This document shows, piece after piece, positions 13,201 to 27,300 of a DNA stretch of 64,000 bases. The stretch covers positions 1 to 64,000 of the forward strand of contig JAYWIR010000112.1 in the NCBI GenBank assembly GCA_036172245.1, given 5' to 3'. The notes beneath the pieces are model-generated. The model ran no database searches. It was not told where the DNA came from and saw only the letters and a program-made list of their open reading frames with translations. Made by a program: the position numbers and the translations under genes. Positions within the stretch are counted from its first letter, which is position 1. Every line of letters begins with the position of its first letter. The stretch comes from Raillietiella orientalis (taxonomy: Eukaryota).

Positions 13201-15948
13201 GAATTAGAAAGCGAGTGTTTTCCTTCGATGTGATTCATTATTTGGTCAAAATTTACAACTTTTGTGAGTTGTAATCAATTCCAAATCAGTACATTTCACC
13301 ATTGCACTTTTGCTCTTTCTCGCGAAGCATCCATTTGCAGTGAGGTGCAAATTCTCGGAATGGAGCCGCACATCATTCCAATTTCTTTGTTTCAGAGGAT
13401 GACTAAGAGGATTCCTACATTTCATTATGATGGGGCACTTTTGACTCTGCGCTGTTTTCATGGCAAGCAGCGTTGGAATTAGAAAGCGAGTGTTTTCCTT
13501 CGATGTGATCCATTATGTGGTCAAAATTTACAACTTTTGTGAGTTGTAATCAATTGCAAATCAGTACATTTGACCATTGCACTTTTGCTTTCTCGCGAAG
13601 CATCCATTTGCAGTGAGCTGCAAATTCACGGAATGGAGCCGCACATCATTCCAATTTCTTGGTTTCAGAGGATGACTAAGAGGATTCCTACATTTCATTA
13701 TGATGGGGCACTTTTGATTCTGCGCTGTTTTCATGGCAACCAGCGTCGGAATTTGAAAGCGAGTGTTTTCCTTCGATGTGATTCATTATCTGGTCAAGAT
13801 TTACAACTTTTGTGAGTTGTAATCAATTCCAAATCAGTACATTTGACCATTGCACTTTTGCTCTTTCTCGCGAAGCATCCATTTGCAGTGAGCTGCAAAT
13901 TCACGGAATGGAGCCGCACATCATTCCAATTTCTTGGTTTCAGAGGATGACTAAGAGGATTCCTACATTTCATTATGATGGGGCACTTTTGACTCTGCGC
14001 TGTTTTCATGGCAACCAGAGTCGGAATTAGAAAGCGAGTGTTTTCCTTCGATGTGATTCATTATGTGGTCAAAATTTACAACTTTTGTGAGTTGTAATCA
14101 ATTCCAAATCAGTACATTTCACCATTGCACTTTTGCTCTTTCTCGCGAAGCATCCATTTGCAGTGAGGTGCAAATTCTCGGAATGGAGCCGCACATCATT
14201 CCAATTTCTTGGTTTCAGAGGATGACTAAGAGGATTCCTACATTTCATTATGATGGGGCACTTTTGACTCTGCGCTGTTTTCATGGCAACCAGAGTCGGA
14301 ATTAGAAAGCGAGTGTTTTCCTTCGATGTGATTCATTATGTGGTCAAAATTTACAACTTTTGTGAGTTGTAATCAATTCCAAATCAGTACATTTCACCAT
14401 TGCACTTTTGCTCTTTCTCGCGAAGCATCCATTTGCAGTGAGGTGCAAATTCTCGGAATGGAGCCGCACATCATTCCAATTTCTTTGTTTCAGAGGATGA
14501 CTAAGAGGATTCCTACATTTCATTATGATGGGGCACTTTTGACTCTGCGCTGTTTTCATGGCAACCAGAGTCGGAATTAGAAAGCGAGTGTTTTCCTTCG
14601 ATGTGATTCATTATTTTGTCAAAATTTACAACTTTTGTGAGTTGTAATTAATTCGTACTCAGGTGATTGAACTATTGCTCTTTGGCTCTATGTTGCGAAG
14701 CATCCATTTGCAGTGAGCTGCAAATTCACGGAGTATAGCCGAACATCATTCCAATTTCTTGGTTTCAGAGAATGACTAAGAGGATTCCTACATTTCATTA
14801 GGATGGGGCACTTTTGATTCTGCGCTGTTTTCATGGCAACCAGCGACGGAATTTGAAAGCGAGTGTTTTCCTTCGATGTTATTCATTATGTGGTCAAGAT
14901 TTACAACTTTTTTGAGTTGTAATCAATTCCAAATCAGTACATTTGACCATTCCACTTTTGCTCTTTCTCGCGAAGCATCCATTTGCAGTGAGCTGCAAAT
15001 TCACGGAATGGAGCCGCACATCATTCCAATTTCTTGGTTTCAGAGGATGACTAAGAGGATTCCTACATTTCATTATGATGGGGCACTTTTGACTCTGCGC
15101 TGTTTTCATGGCAACCAGAGTCGGAATTAGAAAGCGAGTGTTTTCCTTCGATGTGATTCATTATTTTGTCAAAATTTACAACTTTTGTGAGTTGTAATCA
15201 ATTCCAAATCAGTACATTTCACCATTGCACTTTTGCTCTTTCTCGCGAAGCATCCATTTGCAGTGAGGTGCAAATTCTCGGAATGGAGCCGCACATCATT
15301 CCAATTTCTTTGTTTCAGAGGATGACTAAGAGGATTCCTACATTTCATTATGATGGGGCACTTTTGACTCTGCGCTGTTTTCACGGCAAGCAGCGTTCGA
15401 AATAGAAAGCGAGTGTTTTCCTTCGATGTGATCCATTATGTGGTGAAAATTTAAAACTTTTGTGAGTTGTAATCAATTGCAAATCAGGACATTTCACCAT
15501 TGCACTTTTGCGCTTTCTCGCGAAGCATCCATTTGCAGTGAGCTGCAAATTCACGGAATGGAGCCGCACATCATTCCAATTTCTTGGTTTCAGAGGATGA
15601 CTAAGAGGATTCCTACATTTCATTATGATGGGGCACTTTTGATTCTGCGCTGTTTTCATGGCAACCAGCGTCGGAATTTGAAAGCGAGTGTTTTCCTTCG
15701 ATGTGATTCATTATCTGGTCAAGCTTTACAACTTTTTTGAGTTGTAATCAATTCCAAATCAGTACATTTGATCATTGCACTTGTGCTCTTTCTCGCGAAG
15801 CATCCATTTGCAGTGAGCTGCAAATTCACGGAATGGAGCCGCACATCATTCCAATTTCTTGGTTTCAGAGGATGACTAAGAGGATTCCTACATTTCATTA
15901 TGATGGGGCACTTTTGATTCTGCGCTGTTTTCATGGCAACCAGCGTCG

Positions 15949-18900
15949 GAATTTGAAAGCGAGTGTTTTCCTTCGATGTGATTCATTATGTGGTCAAGAT
16001 TTACAACTTTTTTGAGTTGTAATCAATTCCAAATCAGTACATTTGACCATTGCACTTTTGCTCTTTCTCGCGAAGCATCCATTTGCAGTGAGCTGCAAAT
16101 TCACGGAATGGAGCCGCACATCATTCCAATTTCTTGGTTTCAGAGGATGACTAAGGGGATTCCTACATTTAATTATGGTGGGGCACTTTTGACTCTGCGC
16201 TGTTTTCACGGCAAGCAGCGTTGGAATTAGAAAGCGAGTGTTTTCCTTCGATGTGATCCATTATGTGGTCAAAATTTACAACTTCTGTGAGTTGTAATCA
16301 ATTGCAAATCAGGACATTTCACCATTGCACTTTTGCGCTTTCTGGCCGAGCATCCATTTGCAGTGAGCTGCAAATTCACGGAATGGAGCCGCACATCATT
16401 CCAATTTCTTGGTTTCAGAGGATGACTAAGAGGATTCCTACATTTCATTATGATGGGGCACTTTTGATTCTGCGCTGTTTTCATGGCAACCAGCGTCGGA
16501 ATTTGAAAGCGAGTGTTTTCCTTCGATGTGATTCATTATGTGGTCAAGATTTACAACTTTTTTGAGTTGTAATCAATTCCAAATCAGTACATTTGACCAT
16601 TGCACTTTTGCTCTTTCTCGCGAAGCATCCATTTGCAGTGAGCTGCAAATTCACGGAATGGAGCCGCACATCATTCCAATTTCTTGGTTTCAGAGGATGA
16701 CTAAGGGGATTCCTACATTTCATTATGGTGGGGCACTTTTGACTCTGCGCTGTTTTCACGGCAAGCAGCGTTTGAATTAGAAAGCGAGTGTTTTCCTTCG
16801 ATGTGATCCATTATGTGGTCAAAATTTACAACTTCTGTGAGTTGTAATCAATTGCAAATCAGGACATTTCACCATTGCACTTTTGCGCTTTCTGGCCGAG
16901 CATCCATTTGCAGTGAGCTGCAAATTCACGGAATGGAGCCGCACATCATTCCAATTTCTTGGTTTCAGAGGATGACTAAGAGGATTCCTACATTTCATTA
17001 TGATGGGGCACTTTTGATTCTGCGCTGTTTTCATGGCAACCAGCGTCGGAATTTGAAAGCGAGTGTTTTCCTTCGATGTGATTCATTATGTGGTCAAGAT
17101 TTACAACTTTTTTGAGTTGTAATCAATTCCAAATCAGTACATTTGACCATTGCACTTTTGCTCTTTCTCGCGAAGCATCCATTTGCAGTGAGCTGCAAAT
17201 TCACGGAATGGAGCCGCACATCATTCCAATTTCTTGGTTTCAGAGGATGACTAAGGGGATTCCTACATTTAATTATGGTGGGGCACTTTTGACTCTGCGC
17301 TGTTTTCACGGCAAGCAGCGTTGGAATTAGAAAGCGAGTGTTTTCCTTCGATGTGATCCATTATGTGGTCAAAATTTACAACTTCTGTGAGTTGTAATCA
17401 ATTGCAAATCAGGACATTTCACCATTGCACTTTTGCGCTTTCTGGCGGAGCATCCATTTGCAGTGAGCTGCAAATTCACGGAATGGAGCCGCACATCATT
17501 CCAATTTCTTGGTTTCAGAGGATGACTAAGAGGATTCCTACATTTCATTATGGTGGGGCATTTTTGACTCTGCGCTGTTTGCATGGCAACCAGCGTCGGA
17601 ATTTGAAAGCGAGTGTTTTCCTTCGATGTGATTCATTATGTGGTCAAGATTTACAACTTTTTTGAGTTGTAATCAATTCCAAATCAGTACATTTGACCAT
17701 TGCACTTTTGCTCTTTCTCGCGAAGCATCCATTTGCAGTGAGCTGCAAATTCACGGAATGGAGCCGCACATCATTCCAATTTCTTGGTTTCAGAGGATGA
17801 CTAAGGGGATTCCTACATTTCATTATGGTGGGGCACTTTTGACTCTGCGCTGTTTTCACGGCAAGCAGCGTTTGAATTAGAAAGCGAGTGTTTTCCTTCG
17901 ATGTGATCCATTATGTGGTCAAAATTTACAACTTTTTTGAGTTGTAATCAATTCCAAATCAGTACATTTAACCATTGCACTTTTGCTCTTTCTCGCGAAG
18001 CATCCATTTGCAGTGAGCTGCAAATTCACGGAATGGAGCCGCACATCATTCCAATTTCATAGTTTCAGAGGATGACTAAGAGGATTCCTACATTTCATTA
18101 TGATGGGGCACTTTTGACTCTGCGCTGTTTTCATGGCAACCAGCGTCGGAATTAGAAAGCGAGTGTTTTCCTTCGATGTGATTCATTATGTGGTCAAGAT
18201 TTACAACTTTTTTGAGTTGTAATCAATTCCAAATCAGTACATTTCACCATTGCACTTTTGCTCTTTCTCGCGAAGCATCCATTTGCAGTGAGCTGCAAAT
18301 TCACGGAGTATAGCCGAACATCATTCCAGTATCTTGGTTTCAGAGGATGACTAAGGGGATTCCTACATTTAATTATGGTGGGGCACTTTTGACTCTGCGC
18401 TGTTTTCACGGCAAGCAGCGTTCGAATTAGAAAGCGAGTGTTTTCCTTCGATGTGATCCATTATGTGGTGAAAATTTAAAACTTTTGTGAGTTGTAATCA
18501 ATTGCAAATCAGGACATTTCACCATTGCACTTTTGCGCTTTCTCGCGAAGCATCCATTTGCAGTGAGCTGCAAATTCACGGAATGGAGCCGCACATCATT
18601 CCAATTTCTTGGTTTCAGAGGATGACTAAGAGGATTCCTACATTTCATTATGGTGGGGCACTTTTGACTCTGCGCTGTTTCCATGGCAAGCAGCGTTGGA
18701 ATTAGAAGGCGAGTGTTTTCCTTCGATGTGATCGATTATGTGGTCAAAATTTACAACTTTTGTGAGTTGTAATCAATTGCAAATCAGGACATTTCACCAT
18801 TGCACTTTTGCGCTTTCTGGCGAAGCATCCATTTGCAGTGAGCTGCAAATTCACGGAATGGAGCCGCACATCATTCCAATTTCTTGGTTTCAGAGGATGA

Positions 18901-20348
18901 CTAAGAGGATTCCTACATTTCATTATGGTGGGGCATTTTTGACTCTGCGCTGTTTGCATGGCAACCAGCGTCGGAATTTGAAAGCGAGTGTTTTCCTTCG
19001 ATGTGATTCATTATGTGGTCAAGATTTACAACTTTTTTGAGTTGTAATCAATTCCAAATCAGTACATTTGACCATTGCACTTTTGCTCTTTCTCGCGAAG
19101 CATCCATTTGCAGTGAGCTGCAAATTCACGGAATGGAGCCGCACATCATTCCAATTTCTTGGTTTCAGAGGATGACTAAGGGGATTCCTACATTTCATTA
19201 TGGTGGGGCACTTTTGACTCTGCGCTGTTTTCACGGCAAGCAGCGTTTGAATTAGAAAGCGAGTGTTTTCCTTCGATGTGATCCATTATGTGGTCAAAAT
19301 TTACAACTTCTGTGAGTTGTAATCAATTGCAAATCAGGACATTTCACCATTGCACTTTTGCGCTTTCTGGCGAAGCATCCATTTGCAGTGAGCTGCAAAT
19401 TCACGGAATGGAGCCGCACATCATTCCAATTTCTTGGTTTCAGAGGATGACTAAGAGGATTCCTACATTTCATTATGGTGGGGCATTTTTGACTCTGCGC
19501 TGTTTGCATGGCAACCAGCGTCGGAATTTGAAAGCGAGTGTTTTCCTTCGATGTGATTCATTATGTGGTCAAGATTTACAACTTTTTTGAGTTGTAATCA
19601 ATTCCAAATCAGTACATTTAACCATTGCACTTTTGCTCTTTCTCGCGAAGCATCCATTTGCAGTGAGCTGCAAATTCACGGAATGGAGCCGCACATCATT
19701 CCAATTTCTTGGTTTCAGAGGATGACTAAGGGGATTCCTACATTTCATTATGGTGGGGCACTTTTGACTCTGCGCTGTTTTCACGGCAAGCAGCGTTTGA
19801 ATTAGAAAGCGAGTGTTTTCCTTCGATGTGATCCATTATGTGGTCAAAATTTACAACTTCTGTGAGTTGTAATCAATTGCAAATCAGGACATTTCACCAT
19901 TGCACTTTTGCGCTTTCTGGCGAAGCATCCATTTGCAGTGAGCTGCAAATTCACGGAATGGAGCCGCACATCATTCCAATTTCTTGGTTTCAGAGGATGA
20001 CTAAGAGGATTCCTACATTTCATTATGATGGGGCACTTTTGATTCTGCGCTGTTTTCATGGCAACCAGCGTCGGAATTTGAAAGCGAGTGTTTTCCTTCG
20101 ATGTGATTCATTATGTGGTCAAGATTTACAACTTTTTTGAGTTGTAATCAATTCCAAATCAGTACATTTGACCATTGCACTTTTGCTCTTTCTCGCGAAG
20201 CATCCATTTGCAGTGAGCTGCAAATTCACGGAATGGAGCCGCACATCATTCCAATTTCTTGGTTTCAGAGGATGACTAAGGGGATTCCTACATTTAATTA
20301 TGGTGGGGCACTTTTGACTCTGCGCTGTTTTCATGGCAAGCAGCGTTG
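15949..20348. repeat. Dimeric (550-bp) higher-order repeat of alternating A/B monomers, interrupted at ~17875-18700
   Basis: Type A (AAGATTTACAACTTTTTTG, TTCCAAATCAGTAC) alternates with type B (TTGCAAATCAGGAC, GCGCTTTCTGG). ORFs at 15988/16538/17088/17638, 16263/16813/17363, 18738/19288/19838 and 19013/19563/20113. Confidence 0.88.
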
Positions 20349-23300
20349 GAATTAGAAGGCGAGTGTTTTCCTTCGATGTGATCGATTATGTGGTCAAAAT
20401 TTACAACTTTTGTGAGTTGTAATCAATTGCAAATCAGGACATTTCACCATTGCACTTTTGCGCTTTCTGGCGAAGCATCCATTTGCAGTGAGCTGCAAAT
20501 TCACGGAGTATAGCCGAACATCATTCCAATTTCTTGGTTTCAGAGGATGACTAAGGGGATTCCTACATTTAATTATGGTGGGGCACTTTTGACTCTGCGC
20601 TGTTTTCACGGCAAGCAGCGTCGGAATTAGAAAGCGAGTGTTTTCCTTCGATGTGATTCATTATGTGGTCAAAATTTACAACTTTTGTGAGTTGTAATCA
20701 ATTCCAAATCAGTACATTTCACCATTGCACTTTTGCTCTTTCTCGCGAAGCATCCATTTGCAGTGAGCTGCAAATTCACGGAGTATAGCCGAACATCATT
20801 CCAATTTCTTGGTTTCAGAGGATGACTAAGAGGATTCCTACATTTAATTATGGTGGGGCACTTTTGACTCTGCGCTGTTTTCACGGCAAGCAGCGTTGGA
20901 ATTAGAAAGCGAGTGTTTTCCTTCGATGTGATCCATTATGTGGTCAAAATTTACAACTTCTGTGAGTTGTAATCAATTGCAAATCAGGACATTTCACCAT
21001 TGCACTTTTGCGCTTTCTCGCGAAGCATCCATTTGCAGTGAGCTGCAAATTCACGGAATGGAGCCGCACATCATTCCAATTTCTTGGTTTCAAAGGATGA
21101 CTAAGAGGATTCCTACATTTCATTATGGTGGGGCACTTTTGACTCTGCGCTGTTTTCATGGCAACCAGAGTCGGAATTAGAAAGCGAGTATGTTCCTTCG
21201 ATGTGATTCATTATGTGGTCAAAATTTACAACTTTTGTGAGTTTTCATCAATTCTAAATCAGGACATTTCACCAATGCACTTTTGCTCTTTCTCGCGAAG
21301 CATCCATTTGCAGTGAGCTGCAAATTCACGGAATGGAGCCGCACATCATTCCAATTTCTTGGTTTCAGAGGATGACTAAGAGCATTCCTACATTTCATTA
21401 TGATGGGGCACTTTTGACTCTGCGCTGTTTTCATGGCAACCAGCGTCGGAATTAGAAAGCGAGTGTTTTTCTTCGATGTGATTCATTATGTGGTCAAAAT
21501 TTACAACTTTTGTGAGTTGTAATCAATTCCAAATCAGTACATTTCACCATTGCACTTTTGCTCTTTCTCGCGAAGCATCCATTTGCAGTGAGCTGCAAAT
21601 TCACGGAGTATAGCCGAACATCATTCCAATTTCTTGGTTTCAGAGGATGACTAAGGGGATTCCTACATTTAATTATGGTGGGGCACTTTTGACTCTGCGC
21701 TGTTTTCACGGCAAGCAGCGTTGGAATTAGAAAGCGAGTGTTTTCCTTCGATGTGATCCATTATGTGGTCAAAATTTACAACTTCTGTGAGTTGTAATCA
21801 ATTGCAAATCAGGACATTTCACCATTGCACTTTTGCGCTTTCTGGCGGAGCATCCATTTGCAGTGAGCTGCAAATTCACGGAATGGAGCCGCACATCATT
21901 CCAATTTCTTGGTTTCAGAGGATGACTAAGAGGATTCCTACATTTCATTATGATGGGGCACTTTTGATTCTGCGCTGTTTTCATGGCAACCAGCGTCGGA
22001 ATTTGAAAGCGAGTGTTTTCCTTCGATGTGATTCATTATGTGGTCAAGATTTACAACTTTTTTGAGTTGTAATCAATTCCAAATCAGTACATTTGACCAT
22101 TGCACTTTTGCTCTTTCTCGCGAAGCATCCATTTGCAGTGAGCTGCAAATTCACGGAATGGAGCCGCACATCATTCCAATTTCTTGGTTTCAGAGGATGA
22201 CTAAGGGGATTCCTACATTTAATTATGGTGGGGCACTTTTGACTCTGCGCTGTTTCCATGGCAAGCAGCGTTTGAATTAGAAGGCGAGTGTTTTCCTTCG
22301 ATGTGATCGATTTTGTGGTCAAAATTTACAACTTTTGTGAGTTGTAATTAATTGCAAATCAGGACATTTCACCATTGCACTTTTGCGCTTTCTGGCGAAG
22401 CATCCATTTGCAGTGAGCTGCAAATTCACGGAATGGAGCCGCACATCATTCCAATTTCTTGGTTTCAGAGGATGACTAAGAGGATTCCTACATTTCATTA
22501 TGGTGGGGCATTTTTGACTCTGCGCTGTTTGCATGGCAACCAGCGTCGGAATTTGAAAGCGAGTGTTTTCCTTCGATGTGATTCATTATGTGGTCAAGAT
22601 TTACAACTTTTTTGAGTTGTAATCAATTCCAAATCAGTACATTTGACCATTGCACTTTTGCTCTTTCTCGCGAAGCATCCATTTGCAGTGAGCTGCAAAT
22701 TCACGGAATGGAGCCGCACATCATTCCAATTTCTTGGTTTCAGAGGATGACTAAGGGGATTCCTACATTTCATTATGGTGGGGCACTTTTGACTCTGCGC
22801 TGTTTTCACGGCAAGCAGCGTTTGAATTAGAAAGCGAGTGTTTTCCTTCGATGTGATCCATTATGTGGTCAAAATTTACAACTTCTGTGAGTTGTAATCA
22901 ATTGCAAATCAGGACATTTCACCATTGCACTTTTGCGCTTTCTGGCGAAGCATCCATTTGCAGTGAGCTGCAAATTCACGGAATGGAGCCGCACATCATT
23001 CCAATTTCTTGGTATCAGAGGATGACTAAGTGGATTCCTACATTTCATTATGGTGGGGCATTCTTGACTCTGCGCTGTTTGCATGGCAACCAGCGTCGGA
23101 ATTTGAAAGCGAGTGTTTTCCTTCGATGTGATTCATTATGTGGTCAAAATTTACAACTTTTGTGAGTTTTCATCAATTCTAAATCAGGACATTTCACCAA
23201 TGCACTTTTGCTCTTTCTCGCGATGCATCCATTTGCAGTGAGCTGCAAATTCACGGAATGGAGCCGCACATCATTCCAATTTCTTGGTTTCAGAGGATGA

Positions 23301-23799
23301 CTAAGAGGATTCCTACATTTCATCATGGTGGGGCACTTTTGACTCTGCGCTGTTTTCATGGCAACCAGCGTCGGAATTTGAAAGCGAGTGTTTTCCTTCG
23401 ATGTGATTCATTATGTGGTCAAGACTTACAACTTTAGTGAGTTGTAATCAACTGCAAATCAGGACATTTCACCATTGCACTTTTGCTCTTTCTCGCGAAG
23501 CATCCATTTGCAGTGAGCTGCAAATTCACCGAGTATAGCCGAACATCATTCCAACTACTTGGTTTCAGAGGATGACTAAGGGGATTCCAACATATAATTA
23601 TGGTGGGGCACTTTTGACTCTGCGCTGTTTCCATGGCAAGCAGCGTTGGAATTAGAAGGCGAGTGTTTTCCTTCGATGTGATCGATTATGTGGTCAAAAT
23701 TTACAACTTTAGTGAGTTGTAATCAACTGCAAATCAGGACATTTCACCATTGCACTTTTGCTCTTTCTCGCGAAGCATCAGTTTGCAGTGAGCTGCAAA

Positions 23800-26700
23800 T
23801 TCACGGAGTATAGCCGAACATCATTCCAACTTCTTGGTTTCAGAGGATGACTAAATGGATTCCAACATATAATTATGATGGGGCACTTTTGACTCTGCGC
23901 TGTTTTCATGGCAACCAGCGTCGGAATTAGAAAGCGAGTGTTTTCCTTCGATGTGATTCATTATGTGGTCAAGAATTACAACTTTTTTGAGTTGTAATCA
24001 ATTACAAATCAGTACATTTCACCATTGCACTTTTGCTCTTTCTCGCGAAGCATCCATTTGCAGTGAGCTGCAAATTCACGGAGTATAGCCGAACATCATT
24101 CCAGTATCTTGGTTTCAGAGGATGACTAAGGGGATTCCTACATTTAATTATGGTGGGGCCCTTTTGACTCTGCGCTGTTTTCACGGCAAGCAGCGTTCGA
24201 ATTAGAAAGCGAGTGTTTTCCTTCGATGTGATCCATTATGTGGTGAAAATTTAAAACTTTTGTGAGTTGTCATCAATTGCAAATCAGGACATTTCACCAT
24301 TGCACTTTTGCGCTTTCTCGCGAAGCATCCATTTGCAGTGAGCTGCAAATTCACGGAATGGAGCCGCACATCATTCCAATTTCTTGGTTTCAGAGGATGA
24401 CTAAGAGGATTCCTACATTTCATTATGATGGGGCACTTTTGACTCTGCGCTGTTTTCATGGCAACCAGCGTCGGAATTAGAAAGCGAGTGTTTTCCTTCG
24501 ATGTGATTCATTATGTGGTCAAGATTTACAACTTTTGTGAGTTTTCATCAATTCTAAATCAGGACATTTCACCAATGCACTTTTGCTCTTTCTCGCGATG
24601 CATCCATTTGCAGTGAGCTGCAAATTCACGGAGTATAGCCGAACATCATTCCAACTTCTAGGTTTCAGAGGATGACTAAGGGGATTCCAACATATAATTA
24701 TGGTGGGGCACTTTTGACTCTGCGCTGTTTCCATGGCAAGCAGCGTTGGAATTAGAAGGCGAGTGTTTTCCTTCGATGTGATCCATTATGTGGTCAAAAT
24801 TTACAACTTCTGTGAGTTGTAATCAATTGCAAATCAGGACATTTCACCATTGCACTTTGGCGCTTTCTGGCGAAGCATCCATTTGCAGTGAGCTGCAAAT
24901 TCACGGAATGGAGCCGCACATCATTCCAATTTCTTGGTATCAGAGGATGACTAAGTGGATTCCTACATTTCATTATGGTGGGGCATTCTTGACTCTGCGC
25001 TGTTTGCATGGCAACCAGCGTCGGAATTTGAAAGCGAGTGTTTTCCTTCGATGTGATTCATTATGTGGTCAAGATTTACAACTTTTGTGAGTTTTCATCA
25101 ATTCTAAATCAGGACATTTCACCAATGCACTTTTGCTCTTTCTCGCGATGCATCCATTTGCAGTGAGCTGCAAATTCACGGAATGGAGCCGCACATCATT
25201 CCAATTTCTTGGTTTCAGAGGATGACTAAGAGGATTCCTACATTTCATTATGGTGGGGCACTTTTGACTCTGCGCTGTTTTCATGGCAACCAGCGTCGGA
25301 ATTTGAAAGCGAGTGTTTTCCTTCGATGTGATTCATTATGTGGTCAAGATTTACAACTTTAGTGAGTTGTAATCAACTGCAAATCAGGACATTTCACCAT
25401 TGCACTTTTGCTCTTTCTCGCGAAGCATCCATTTGCAGTGAGCTGCAAATTCACGGAGTATAGCCGAACATCATTCCAACTTCTTGGTTTCAGAGGATGA
25501 CTAAGGGGATTCCTACATTTAATTATGGTGGGGCACTTTTGACTCTGCGCTGTTTCCATGGCAAGCAGCGTTGGAATTAGAAGGCGAGTGTTTTCCTTCG
25601 ATGTGATCGATTATGTGGTCAAAATTTACAACTTTTGTGAGTTGTAATCAATTGCAAATCAGGACATTTCACCATTGCACTTTTGCGCTTTCTGGCGAAG
25701 CATCCATTTGCGGTGAGCTGCAAATTCACGGAATGGAGCCGCACATCATTCCAATTTCTTGGTTTCAGAGGATGACTAAGAGGATTCCTACATTTCATTA
25801 TGGTGGGGCATTTTTGACTCTGCGCTGTTTGCATGGCAACCAGCGTCGGAATTTGAAAGCGAGTGTTTTCCTTCGATGTGATCCATTATGTGGTCAAGAT
25901 TTACAACTTTTTTGAGTTGTAATCAATTCCAAATCAGTACATTTCACCATTGCACTTTTGCTCTTTCTCGCGAAGCATCCATTTGCAGTGAGCTGCAAAT
26001 TCACGGAGTATAGCCGAACATCATTCGAACTTCTTGGTTTCAGAGGATGACTAAGGGGATTCCAACATATAATTATGATGGGGCACTTTTGACTCTGCGC
26101 TGTTTTCATGGCAACCAGCGTCGGAATTAGAAAGCGAGTGTTTTCCTTCGATGTGATTCATTATGTGGTCAAGATTTACAACTTTTTTGAGTTGTAATCA
26201 ATTACAAATCAGTACATTTCACCATTGCACTTTTGCTCTTTCTCGCGAAGCATCCATTTGCAGTGAGCTGCAAATTCACGGAGTATAGCCGAACATCATT
26301 CCAGTATCTTGGTTTCAGAGGATGACTAAGGGGATTCCTACATTTAATTATGGTGGGGCACTTTTGACTCTGCGCTGTTTTCACGGCAAGCAGCGTTCGA
26401 ATTAGAAAGCGAGTGTTTTCCTTCGATGTGATCCATTATGTGGTGAAAATTTAAAACTTTTGTGAGTTGTAATCAATTGCAAATCAGGACATTTCACCAT
26501 TGCACTTTTGCGCTTTCTCGCGAAGCATCCATTTGCAGTGAGCTGCAAATTCACGGAATGGAGCCGCACATCATTCCAATTTCTTGGTTTCAGAGGATGA
26601 CTAAGAGGATTCCTACATTTCATTATGATGGGGCACTTTTGACTCTGCGCTGTTTTCATGGCAACCAGCGTCGGAATTAGAAAGCGAGTGTTTTCCTTCG

Positions 26701-27300
26701 ATGTGATTCATTATGTGGTCAAAATTTACAACTTTTGTGAGTTGTAATCAATTCCAAATCAGTACATTTCACCATTGCACTTTTGCTCTTTCTCGCGAAG
26801 CATCCATTTGCAGTGAGCTGCAAATTCACGGAGTATAGCCGTACATCATTCCAATTTCTTGGTTTCAGAGGATGACTAAGGGGATTCCTACATTTAATTA
26901 TGGTGGGGCACTTTTGACTCTGCGCTGTTTTCACGGTAAGCAGCGTTGGATTTAGAAAGCGAGTGTTTTCCTTCGATGTGATCCATTTTGTGGTCAAAAT
27001 TTACAACTTCTGTGAGTTGTAATCAATTGCAAATCAGGACATTTCACCATTGCACTTTTGCGCTTTCTGGCGAAGCATCCATTTGCAGTGAGCTGCAAAT
27101 TCACGGAATGGAGCCGGACATCATTCCAATTTCTTGGTATCAGAGGATGACTAAGTGGATTCCTACATTTCATTATGGTGGGGCACTTTTGACTCTGCGC
27201 TGTTTGCATGGCAACCAGCGTCGGAATTTGAAAGCGAGTGTTTTCCTTCGATGTGATTCATTATGTGGTCAAGATTTACAACTTTTGTGAGTTTTCATCA
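23800..27300. repeat. Local 8-monomer (2200-bp) periodicity
   Basis: Variant-matched ORFs at 24002/26202, 24262/26462 and 24788/26988; shared ATTACAAATC variant at 24001 and 26201. Confidence 0.7.
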
